From positions 32,242,001-32,306,000 of the forward strand of contig OZ249436.1 in the NCBI GenBank assembly GCA_965235115.1: a DNA stretch of 64,000 nucleotides. Direction: 5' to 3'. Position numbers and translations under genes: made by a program. Shown piece by piece: positions 13,153 through 25,179 of this stretch. How positions within the stretch are numbered: the stretch's first letter is position 1; the number at the start of each line of letters is the position of its first letter. The notes under the pieces were generated by a model. It searched no databases, had not been told where the DNA came from, and saw only the letters and a list, made by a program, of their open reading frames with translations. The stretch is from Laetmonice hystrix (taxonomy: Eukaryota).

Positions 13153-15361
13153 CATTATAGAACATTAGTTTAACCGTGCAAAAGACTGGAAAAGTCTGGA
13201 AAATCAGTTTAGAGGTCATTGAAGAGTTCCTGAAGTGTAGGACTCGTGGCAAACACTACAATAAGCTGGACATGATTGCAGTCAGCGCGGTGACCGCGGA
13301 ACTTTGAGGACATGCCCGAATGAGGGTTGATATATAAAACCACGTAGAGTTGCGGTAGCGCTGTGGCAGACATCTCGGTGTCCTTGCACTCACTGTGATT
13401 AGGACCATTTACACGTCAAGTTAGTGACAGGGGACCGCGCCCGTTAACACCTCTAGATGCACCCTGTGACGACCGGGTGTCGGGTTACGACTCGACACCT
13501 CAACGTATGGCTGGGTGGGGAACTGCCATTACGCCGGCAATCTCGACACCTGCCTGAGCACCAAGGCAGGTCGACCTGCATCAGGCAAGGGCCAGGAAAT
13601 TATCAAAGTTCCGTTACAAATATACGTTTCTGGCACAATCACTTCTAACAACCTGCGAAAAATGGACAATTACTTGTGCTAAACCTAAAGAAAGCCTGGT
13701 GATGTGTACAGCAATACAATACAGCAATATACAATCTCCTGCAGACATTCATTACTTTAAGTCTGTAGGCTTTATCCAGGATTTTGCAACGGGGGGGGGG
13801 GGGCTATATATATAGCTAGGACTTTGCAACGGGCTTGATGTATGTATAAAACCTCTACAGTTCACCGTAGACACACTGCAAAATGATAACCCTGGGTCAG
13901 CTGGGGGGGGGGGGGGGGCTTATAAGCCCCAAAGCCCCCCCCCCCCGGGATCCGCCACTGCTAACAGGAAACTCTTAATATTCCCTTATGAATACGTACG
14001 TGGAAGAATTGTGAAGAAGCCCACAATTCTAAAATTTCGTTCAGATCTTTGATATATACTGAAGCGCCATTCCGGTTTTGACCTTTCCTCTCGTATGAAA
14101 GGTCACTGAACTACGCCGAGATTAAAATGTGTTTTCATTTTCTGTCAGACTGTCAGCAAGCTTGTAGCTGTTACAGTAAAACGATAGTAAATGCTCCCCA
14201 GGCACCTAATCACGGCCAAATATGGAGACATGTGTGTACATCCGTGGGCCGCCAACTAACTTTTTTGTTCCCCTATAACAATAGAGATTTGGTGACACTG
14301 CTGGCGTTATCACTTCTACTCTAGAAACCTTCACAAACATGCACACGTCTATACTACATGTCATCTTGATTACCGGGTAGGTACAATAATTTCTAGTACA
14401 ATGACACAGACCACGCTGGCTTTTCAATTAGTCCCAAGTGAATAATGTTTGCAGCTAAACTATATAGACAGAGTATCGGTCCCAGTCTACACTTTGAAAA
14501 CACAGATGTGCGGTTATGACTCTAAATTCTGCGGTTTCGAAAAGGTCTTCCAGGTAAAAAGTGAGCTAGGTCATAGGTGGAGCTGGGCGAGGCCTGTTAC
14601 CTGGGCTACTAAACTGTCATTCGATCGTCATGAGCATTGAATAACACTGAAGCAAAAAAAAATTCAGGCAATGAGAACATGGCAATTAGTGAACATCAGC
14701 GATTATAGGTAAGCAATTCGGTAAGAAACTGTGACATTGCAATATTTTTTCGTAACGTATCCCTTTAAATACATCCTTGCACGTTCATTGACCATTCCGA
14801 CCCACTGTCCACTGTCTAAGGCCGACCTTAAAAATGTTTGTTACGAAGAATCCGGCCGTATGACTTAAAACCTTGCGGTTGCTACATTTATTAGAACGTC
14901 TTCCATTTCCAATTTTATTCAGACACGATTCCAGACACGATTTCAGACAATCGCGGACATTTCGATTTTTTATGCGTGATCTCTTCCACCAGGGGGAAAC
15001 CCCCCCCCCCACACACACACATACATTTTTCCTCCCTACCTCATCAGATCCTTTCTAAGAAAATTCTTCGGAACAAACAATTTTTTATGGCCGGCCTAAC
15101 CTTCGGCAACGTGACGCATTTTAAACTGATAGAGAAGAGACAATCACCTGCCAATGCTATTTTCATTTTCCCAGGTCTATGTCCAGACGCACCTGAAGTA
15201 ATACTTCGAGTTGCCGTTTTAAGCCGAGTTAATCCTTCCTGCCTCACGTGACCCCATTATTCACGATAAGATACATTCAACACGACTTGGAAAAATAGGA
15301 CAATTTTAGCCGAACACATAATCACCACTAAAATATCTTCCGGTGTAATGGAAACACTCAC

Positions 15362-15409
15362 CTGTAAAGCGATAAACAGAAATAGTGTGTGACGGCAACT
15401 ACTTCTAGT
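15362..15409 (-). CDS. Candidate 48-bp exon of the putative second gene
   Basis: TTGTACAG acceptor and GTGAGT donor; phase 2-2 reading (R)LEVVAVTHYFCLSLY is phase-compatible with the candidate exon ending at 21141. Confidence 0.25.
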
Positions 15410-18400
15410 CTGTACAAATATATAGAAATACACTCATTGTATAACTGTGAGTTTAGTAAACTGAAGCTAGTGTTCTTACAATCATTACGAAAGGTGCATC
15501 GAGTCCCTCTCGGTTTAAATAGCCAATTAATCTAAGTGTTCGTCTTGACTTCCAAGGAATAGCAAAGTCCATTATAATATACGGTTCTAGGACAACCACC
15601 CCCTGGCCATTCACCCCCGGACGGTAACCCCAGACGTCTGCCCCCTAGGACATTCACCCCCACTATATCCTAGGCCATTCACCCCCTACCCCATGTATAC
15701 ATGTACGTGCGAGCGCGTACGTAGATGTATGCATACCTAAAATGGCCATGTCGAGTTGAAAATGCTGTTTGAAATCAAATGAATAATGTGACCTCGCTGT
15801 GTGAACAGGGCGCTTCTGTCTCCCCAGAGAACATTTCACAAAGATTCTTTCTGACGACTAATATTCATAATGGCTTCCATTGCCAAAAAAGCTCCTGTAT
15901 TCCACAGAACTCTATCAAAGCTCACTTCTGACGGATATATTTTACTCTAGAATGGAAATGTAGGACTATTCAAGTCGTGCCACAGACCGCAAGAAGTTGG
16001 TCGGCAGGTCCAACAGCCTCATTCCATTATCGAACGGTGCTCTTAGGATGAACATGCAAGTCAGCACTTTCTAAAAAAACACTTCAAAAGACGACACACC
16101 AGTTATTAACTAAACATCAAAACCCGGTATAATTGAATTCTTACATGCAATATCTGCTCGGAGGCCATTCCCATTGAATTTTTAGAACAACTGCCAATGC
16201 GTTTGTAAATGTAAAATAAAAACAACGCTAACAAGACAGAGAAAAAACTTTGGTAGGAAAGAAAGAGCGAAACGAATGTGACATTAAAGAGTAATGACAA
16301 TCAGACTGGCAATTCTGAAATCAAAGGAGGGGTAGGACGGGGCTTATGCAAACCGGTTTAGCGCTAACAGACTACGGTTAGATTTACTTTGAAGGTATTT
16401 TCTATAACTCAACGGCCATAATATCTGCTGGCAGAGGCGCCTTATTTTAAACTCGCCTGTTATAGGCCCAGCCGAGCGTCATGGCATTTCAGAACCCGCT
16501 TGTCTCTGCGGGTCTGGCTTTGCTACTGTTAGAAGGTGGCGCTAGAGTCTTCCAGAACGCCTATTCTCGGGCTCGGATCTGACATGGCGCTACGCCTGCG
16601 ACGCCGTCTTTGCATGGAAGCCGCCACGAAGTCCAGCACCTAAAGGCCATCTCTATAAGTCAGGAGCAGGGTACTGGAACTTAAGTGTCTATCCCCTGAT
16701 GCGGGACGGTGGGGAAGCTTTAACGCCTCCTCTACAGCCAAGATGCTGTGTCCACCCCAATGGTGCCGTTATCCCGACACATTAAATATGGCTCGTAGGA
16801 TTTACACGGCAAATGGGCGAGAGCATGCAAAGTCCTGCTCGTGCTAGAGATATGGATTATGTGTCGATAAAAATGTGTCTACTTTTCTTCTCCAAAACAC
16901 TTCTCTCTGTCCACTCAAATATAAAAAAACACCTTAAAATGAAGAAACAAAAATCCGAAATACAGACAGAGAGATACAGAGACGGACAGACAGAGACTGC
17001 GAAAAAATATAAAACCAGTCATTAAATAAAAATGAAGTAATGTCATGCAAGAAACGGTCGGCTTTAAGCGATGTCTAGTCAGTTGAAATTGAGTTGGTGT
17101 GGGAACCTAAGGTTGCTCTCCTGCTCCTCCAGTGAATGTGTGCGCTGGGTAGGGCTCATCCTCCTGTCATGGACTTGACACCTCAGGCCTGGCAGTCATC
17201 AGTTACCACTTACCGCCCCACAGAGTCACTCTCTGGTTCCTGGCCCAGTCAGCCACTGTAGACATGCCAGATATCGACATTCAAGGCGCTTACGTCAATG
17301 TTTCACTATTAATTGTATCCCTTGTATCCAGAACATTCTCAGTGGAAGGAGGGGGCATCGAAAGGGGGTATCTAATCTTAGACCTACATATTTGCAGACC
17401 CCAGACCTACTGTTTTCCGAGTCGGAGTTAGGGGTTGGAGCGTGCTTGTCTGGACGGCTCTATCTTATGATCAGTGTCCTCAACCGGAGGGTGGGGGGTG
17501 GGGGGTGGGGTGGGGTGTCCTGGGAGATGAGACGGATAGGAAGCGATATAACAGCAACAGAGGATATGAGGCCCCTGGCCTGGTATAGATATTGTGGATA
17601 AAGAGATGAAAAATAGCGATAAAATGTTCAAGGTCAGATGGACAGTGTGTTCTGGGCGTACTGCTGCCTCTCATAGCGTTGTCCTTGCCACATCTGGCAG
17701 TAGGCCCCCCTCAAGGGTACATGTCGTTGTCCAATGTAATCACCCCAGTCAATTTCACATCACTCTCTTCACTCCAAACTTTGGGACCAATGCCAACCTG
17801 TAGGAGTCTTGTTCATTACGGCGATTTTGTATGCGACCTGCGATTTTTGCCTCATTGCGTATTCTATTCCGACTTCAAGTTGAAATGGTGACTTTTAGAA
17901 TTAGGATTGAATAAAAAGCAAACAGAACACCGTGGATTCCGTTCCTTTATCCAGAATCACCTGGACGTCGCAAAGGAAAGCCGTAATGACTCATGCGTGT
18001 CGCCATCTTGACACCGACCTATAGCGTAAACTATGTCTGTAACCACAATATCCAAGTGGGCAATGTGACATCAGAGAGACAAAGGACTTTTGTTCAACCG
18101 CCTGGTGGGAACCAGCAAACAATACCTTTTGTTTCCAACTTGACGTATGATACATCTACGCCCTGAGTTAAAGCCTTCCTACTTCACAGCAGCTTATACA
18201 AGGAAGATCATTGAATATTCAGTCTAGAAATATGTAGTCCATTCATTACCTGAGCATTTAAATTATACTCTATGCTTTCGCGGGCAATATATCAATTATA
18301 AAGAAACCATAATGCGAATTTTCATTTCCCATAACATTTCTTGCACTGAAAGAAACCGCCAGTCTGGATAACCTTCAACTTGTCTTCAACACTATCTTTA

Positions 18401-19238
18401 ATAACGTCCTAGAAACAAAACATTGTGCCCATTCATCATAGGTAACTAACTAACCTAGGCAAGTCCTGGAAAGTCTCTCCCGTTAATAGCCGACCTCACG
18501 ATATTGTGTATCACTTTTTCACTCCTGAATCACTAATCAGATTGAGTTTTGCCTATTAGTTCCCGCTCTGCCCATGCTGGCATGATATCCTCCAGCACCT
18601 TCTAAAGTGACATTCCAGGAAAATATACGAATATGATATAGGGAAAAGTTCCTGACAATTCTCGTTATTATTTCGTACCTCAGGTACTAATATACTATAT
18701 TAGTGTCATGTACCATACCTGTTCAGTTTCATTCGTTCGTATTTACGGTAAATACATGTCACAACACAAACATAATTGCGTTCACTCAAGGCATCCAATT
18801 ACCCCCAACACTGACGCATGATGTGAAATCTCTCCACTAAAAGTCTTCAACTTTAGCGCCGCGAAAAAAGTCCGCCAAACAAGATTCTTTTCTTCCCCTA
18901 GCGACACGCAAAAACCACAGCCTTGCCGAGTAACAGAAGCACTGTTGCATGCTAGAGGCATATACATTGCAAACTCCGTTTCGTCCAATCTTACTTAATT
19001 CATTTACTCTATTTCAAAATCTAATCTTTCGCCGCCGTTGTCTCGGAGACTGCCAGAGGTTTCAGAGAAATGCGATAAAACAGCTGGAGGCAGGCGTGTA
19101 AACAGCTCCGATACCTGGTAACCATACTAACACCTTGCCGCCACATTGAGGATCAATCAATGACTATAAGTACTGCCCCGCCCTCCGACATCGGCTCCAA
19201 TTCTCCGCTATGCCCTGCGTTCAATATTCTCTGCGTCT

Positions 19239-19741
19239 TATAATACATTCTCAGAGGAAAGGTCTGCCCCGCTAACACTTACACTGGACAATTGTATCGG
19301 GAACACCAGGCCTGCAAATATAATACATTCTCAGAGGAAAGGTCTGCCCCGCTAACACTTACACTGGACAATTGTATCGGGAACACCGGGCCTGCAAATA
19401 TAATACATTCTCAGAGGAAAGGTCTGCCCCGCTAACACCTACACTGGACAATTGTATCGGGAACACCAGGCCTGCAAATATAATACATTCTCAGAGGAAA
19501 GGTCTGCCCCGCTAACACTTACACTGGACAATTGTATCGGGAACACCAGGCCTGCAAATATAATACATTCTCAGAGGAAAGGTCTGCCCCGCTAACACTT
19601 ACACTGGACAATTGTATCGGGAACACCAGGCCTGCAAATATAATACATTCTCAGAGGAAAGGTCTGCCCCGCTAACACCTACACTCGACCCGCTAACACC
19701 TACACTGGACAATTGTATCGGGAACACCGGGCCTGCAAATA
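19239..19741. repeat. 80-bp minisatellite, ~6 near-identical copies
   Basis: GGTCTGCCCC recurs at 19261, 19341, 19421, 19501, 19581 and 19661; the last copy has a short internal duplication of CCCGCTAACACCTACACT. Confidence 0.95.
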
Positions 19742-21140
19742 TTAACTACTGTCTCAGTGCGGCCGCCGGGGCTGCTGCTGATGGTCATCGAGAGACTCGG
19801 GCGACTTAAGGTGAATTCCCACAACCCCACTCACTTCGGTCATGGCTAATGTTTGGATACAAGGGATTTCTCGGCACGTGTCATGAGGTCGGAGGGGCAG
19901 GGACTGCATGCTTTTCTATGGAAATGACTGTGTGGTTGACGGCCTTCATTAATTTGTGTTATCTTTTCATGAAAGCCATTATTAGGGGACTTGACATGCC
20001 GAAAATTATTCTCATCAAGGCAGCGTCGGTGCCATAATCCTAAAAGGGGTAATGAGATATTAATTGTGAATCGTATAAAACAGGATTTCCAACGATATTA
20101 AACCATTTTCATACCGTTAGAAGCCGTGTGGTCCTACTCAAAATATTTTAATCATTTTCCTGCAATTTGGCCGAATTCAACTGAAGTCACAAAAACTATA
20201 TTTTCGTTTACTAATGTGCAATATCGAGCAACTGCTAGGATATAACAGGACAGCGATAGTGACATACATGCACAATCTTCGCGATCACACGCGGAGAAAA
20301 TAAGGTGTTAAAGAGTCAACTCTGAGCACTAGTTTAATCGGTAAACCATCATTCCCGTGAATAGTACTCTTTTTGTAAATGTAGACTGACGGGTTAACAA
20401 CAGTTTTTTAAAGATCATCCCATCGAAGCCCCATATAGCCTTCAAAGGATCCAAATGAGCAGGTCAAACAGACTGCACATACACGTCTTTTCCCAGAACG
20501 ACGACAATAAAAATGCACGATTTGCATTCCAGACATTACATTAATCAAAAGAGAACAGCCATTGTGCCCCACCGTCCCTCGCAGAAGTTGGTCAATGCAT
20601 CTTTGAGAACCAGCTGCCCACCGTTATTGATATTTTCTATGGGCCCATTTATTACATTGCCGCAGAAGAATAGTATTTAGTCACACATTGTATGATTTTC
20701 CACTACGCAATAAAAGCCTGAAGGTAAAAAGGAGGGATTGCAATCTAATGAGAACAGAAGAACATTATTCAAGAGACAGTAGTTTTCTACTACAATGTAT
20801 TAAAGCTGTTTTCACCTAATACAATGTATTAGTTAAAGTAATGGCAGATTTTCTATTACATGTAGTGGAAGCCGTAAGGCGTCACGCAACACATGTCTGG
20901 CTTACTGGAATGCAACCCTCTGCTTTACTTAAAACGTAGACTGGACGTCATAACCGGCCGTGCCTGGATCAACTTTCTATGGCCTAGTGATAGCGTAATT
21001 TTTCCGCCCTTTTATGTAATGTAGTAATGTATTGTACGAGGCTAATGCGAGTTGTGATGCTACCGCGGAAATGTGGCAGTTAACAGGAAAAGACCAGTCA
21101 AAAAGCACATTTGGACAGCAAGGCCTCTATATACACTCAC

Positions 21141-21250
21141 CTTTCAGAGTAGTGGTTGGAAATAAATGTCCCCCCATTCCAAGAAGTCATATGTTGAACA
21201 TGACAACCGTGTCAAAATCACTGGCTTCAGCGGCGCAGCCATTTGTTGCT
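21141..21250 (-). other. Candidate first exon of a second minus-strand gene
   Basis: Minus strand reads CAACAAATGGCTGCGCC (YY1/start-like) and ends at a strong AG|GTGAGT donor (21141/21140); an internal ATG gives MTSWNGGTFISNHYSE(R). Confidence 0.35.
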
Positions 21251-21278
21251 ATTGGGCTGGCCGGAAGTGACGTTCCGG
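21230..21278 (-). promoter_or_regulatory. Housekeeping-type promoter cluster (ETS-CRE composite, CCAAT box, YY1-like site)
   Basis: CCGGAAGTGACGT at 21261-21273, ATTGG at 21251-21255 and GCGGCGCAGCCATTT at ~21230-21244, next to a GC/CpG-richer patch. Confidence 0.45.
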
Positions 21279-22241
21279 GGCTAATCTATTGCATGCCAGG
21301 GCTAGGCTAGACTAGACTAAAGTAGGCCTAAAGGCAGCCGAGGCGCGTGGTAAAATCAACGGGGGTCAGTCCCACAGTCACAGTCACAACTAAAACAGGT
21401 CTGTGCTGACACAGGAGCCTGACATTGCCAGCACCCGCCCGCGGTCGAAGCCACTGTTAGGGCCCGGCCCAGTGGCCCTGCAAGCCCCGTCAACATCACC
21501 TCCGAGCGGGACGAATTGAATGCCGGCGGCCGAAACCCATGGCTGGAGCTTGCCCAGATCCGTGTCCACCCTGATATATCCCCTGACATCGGTAGGCTTA
21601 ATTCCTAGCCATTCCTCATCACTATGATCGATGGTTTTTGTCGATGTTCTAACAAATTTTGCTTATATAAATAAGCTGTCAACGTTCGCTCAACGCAACA
21701 GGTGCGTCAGTTTTTCGTTACTCCCAAACTGGAGAGCAGTGGTTGGAGCATGCGCAATGTGAGATTAGCCCAAGGAGCAGACAGCTAATGGCCGCCATCA
21801 CCAGCGGAGCAGGTTCTAAGCAGGCTCCGGCACTAAAGTGCTTATATCTTAACTATTTGAGCACCAATTGTGTTCAATTTTTTTTAAAATTGCTTAGAAT
21901 ATCACGGGCTGTGTGCCTTGCCTGTACACACTGGCGGTGGTCGTTTCTTTTAAACAGCATTAAATAGGTACCTGTCAACAAAAACAAAAACAAGAAAAAT
22001 GTATGTTATGTAGTAGTATTTATTGCCTTTTGCTTCAATATAGCTTGCCCTTGCCACCTATTGATAAGAGTAGGGCGTGGTCCCCATGAGCGGGTTTCTG
22101 TAGTATCATCTCATTATCATCAAGGGACAGAAAAAAGTGAAAAGGGACTTTTCCCATCCTGAAGATGACCACCGGTTGCCGAGACGTAAAGCCGCTCATC
22201 CACCACAAGCCACCAGCAAGCCTGCCAAAACCTAACAAATT

Positions 22242-23589
22242 CTGTCCTATCTATACCCCCACACCCCATCACTGCTGTCCTATCTATACCTACACACCCC
22301 CATAACTGCTGCCCTATCTATACCCATACACCCCCATCACTGCTGTCCTATTTATACCCCCACACCCCCATCACTGCTGTCCTATCTATACCCCCACACC
22401 CCCATCACTGCTGTCCTATCTATACCGCAACACCCCCATCACTGCTGTCCTATCTATACCCCCACACCCACATCACTGCCGCCCTATCTATACCCCCACA
22501 CCCCCATCATTGCTGTCCTATCTATACCCCACACCCCCATCACTGCCGTCCTATCTATACCCCCACACCCACATCACTGCTGTCCTATCTATACCCCCAC
22601 ACCCCCATCACTGCCGTCCTATCTATACCCCCACACCCCCATCACTGCTGTCCTATCTATACCCCCACACCCCCATCACTGCTGTCCTATCTATACCCCC
22701 ACACCCCCATCACTGCTGTCCTATCTATACCCCCACACCCACATCACTGCTGTCCTATCTATACCCCCACACCCCACCACTGCTGTCCTATCTATACCCC
22801 CACACCCCCATCACTGCTGTCCTATCTATACCCCCACACCCCCATCACTGCTGTCCTATCTATACCTACACACACCCCTCACTGCTGTCCTATCTATACC
22901 CCCACACCCCCATCACTGCTGTCCTATCTATACCCCCACACCCCCATCACTGCTGTCCTATCTATACCCCCACACCCCCATCACTGCTGTCCTATCTATA
23001 CCATCACACCCACATCCCTGCTGTCCTATCTATACCCCCACACCCCCATCACTGCTGTCCTATCTATACCCCCACACCCCCATCACTGCTGTCCTATCTA
23101 TACCACCACACCCACATCCCTGCTGTCCTATCTATACCCCCACACCCCCATCACTGCTGTCCTATCTATACCCCCACACCCCCATCACTGCTGTCCTATC
23201 TATACCTACACACACCCCTCACTGCTGTCCTATCTATACCCCCACACCCCCATCACTGCTGTCCTATCTATACCCCCACACCCCCATCACTGCTGTCCTA
23301 TCTATACCCCCACACCCCCATCACTGCTGTCCTATCTATACCCCCACACCCACATCACTGCTGTCCTATCTATACCCCCACACCCCATCACTGCTGTCCT
23401 ATCTATACCCCCACACCCCCATCACTGCTGTCCTATCTATACCCCCACACCCCCATCACTGCTGTCCTATCTATACCTACACACACCCCTCACTGCTGTC
23501 CTATCTATACCCCCACACCCCCATCACTGCTGTCCTATCTATACCCCCACACCCCCATCACTGCTGTCCTATCTATACCCCCACACCCA
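22242..23589. repeat. 34-bp minisatellite, ~40 copies
   Basis: Consensus TCACTGCTGTCCTATCTATACCCCCACACCCCCA; it produces the spurious 362-aa ORF 22510..23598. Confidence 0.95.
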
Positions 23590-24766
23590 TATAATTAATT
23601 TCCCGACCCATACGACATGGTCGCACCTTCTTTTTGTAAAAGCAGCGTCCCTATAATTAGTCCCTGGATCTAACAAAGGGTGACATGCTACTATAAATGT
23701 TTTACCACGATAGATTCACCTTGCCACAGTGAGTAGGAAGTTTGCCCTGTTGTCCTGCGGTATTTCATACGCCAGGGGCTGACTCTCCCATCTCACCCGA
23801 CTGCTTTGATCGGTACAAGTTGGCAGCTCGCGACCCATGGGCTCAGCTGGTACCGGCTACGGTCTACACTTTCGACTCCCTCTCAACGGAACAGTACAGG
23901 TACAGTACAGATAGAGTAGACCAGACGGGGCACATCTCTGGATTACTAGTAACCCTGGATTATACGTAATCCCAAATAAATAGTAGGCCTATAATCCAAG
24001 CTTCCGACTTGTCTGTGTTTTTGTCGTATAGTTTATCTGAGAGATCACATTTCGCTTCCAAAAATCACACTGAAAGCTTTCCGATATCTTTCGAGAGTTC
24101 TCTCTCAGCCCGGCTCTGAAGACAAGTCAGGGTAGATCGGATCAGTGGCTACTGAATTTCAATCGGGTTTAGTGTAATCCTGCTACCGAGACGGAACCAG
24201 TCTGAACCACAGGAAGGCAGACGTACAGACACCACAGCTCACAATTACCAACAAACTGAGCTGTAAATATATAATTATCTAACACCGCTTACATCTCCAA
24301 CAAATAACGGGTAATTACCCCACTGTGCGGAACGTGGAATTATAATTCTTCGCGCACTTATCGCCAAAAGAATTAAACCCATTAGTCAAACGGTACCGAT
24401 ATTCACATGCTGTAGAGCATTTCAGTAAACATTCAGCTAATGGGAAAAAGGATTATTACCATCCTCAGTAACTATAGCAACACCGATATGTGTCTTTGTG
24501 CTGTCATAACATCGTCCCCTGGAAAAAAAAACTAAAACGTGTGGCTGCAATCCAGCCAAAATAACACTAACTGTTGTGTTATCGCTGTTATGAACGATAA
24601 ACGTTATTGATGAGCGTCAAGCGATAAAGGCTCCGCTCCAGTTTCAATGTTAAAGCATCATATATGTGAACGCCCGCTTCGTATCACAATATTAGCTGGT
24701 GAGCTGTGCCTCTTGGTTTCATGTTAAAAGTTAAAGGGAATATCGCCTTGCCGTGACGTCACTGTC

Positions 24767-25179
24767 AAGCTAGGTGTATACTTCTCCGCCGATCTCGTCC
24801 GGCGAGTGGTCGGCGCATTCCGACGTCATACTGAAAGCGTTTCCGCGCTCCATCCGCCGCAAAGAAACGTCACCCCATGTCACGTTTTTGTCGCGTTCAT
24901 ACTTGGTTACGGCCAGTGGCAGCGAGTGGCGATCGACACGAGGTCAGGGTACGTGTGTCTTCTTCACACACAGCAATAACGTTAATATTTTAATATCCTA
25001 AATCCATGGATTCATCAGATGATGAAGCGATTGTCATATACGGCATTGCTAAAGCGATGACAAAACCGTAAAAAGACGATGGTGTGAGACCACTAAATGT
25101 GACATGGACTGTAAATGGTGAATTTCACTCGCTTGTCAAAGATATTTGTGCCAACGAGGATGACGATGGCCAAGTATGA
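24767..25179 (+). mobile_element. 5' fragment of a PIF/Harbinger DNA transposon with decayed transposase N-terminus
   Basis: TIR-like AAGCTAGGTGTATACTTC at 24767; from ATG 25006, with frameshifts, MDSSDDEAIVIYGIAKAMT / RKRRW / VRPLNVTWTVNGEFHSLVKDI, matching the Harbinger RRxWVRPxN..GEFHxLV pattern. Confidence 0.6.

Noticed and set aside
19239..19741. CRISPR array
   Set aside because: Head-to-tail near-identical units with no spacers.
22510..23598. 362-aa His/Pro/Cys-rich ORF
   Set aside because: Translation of a 34-bp minisatellite cycling through frames; no ATG start.
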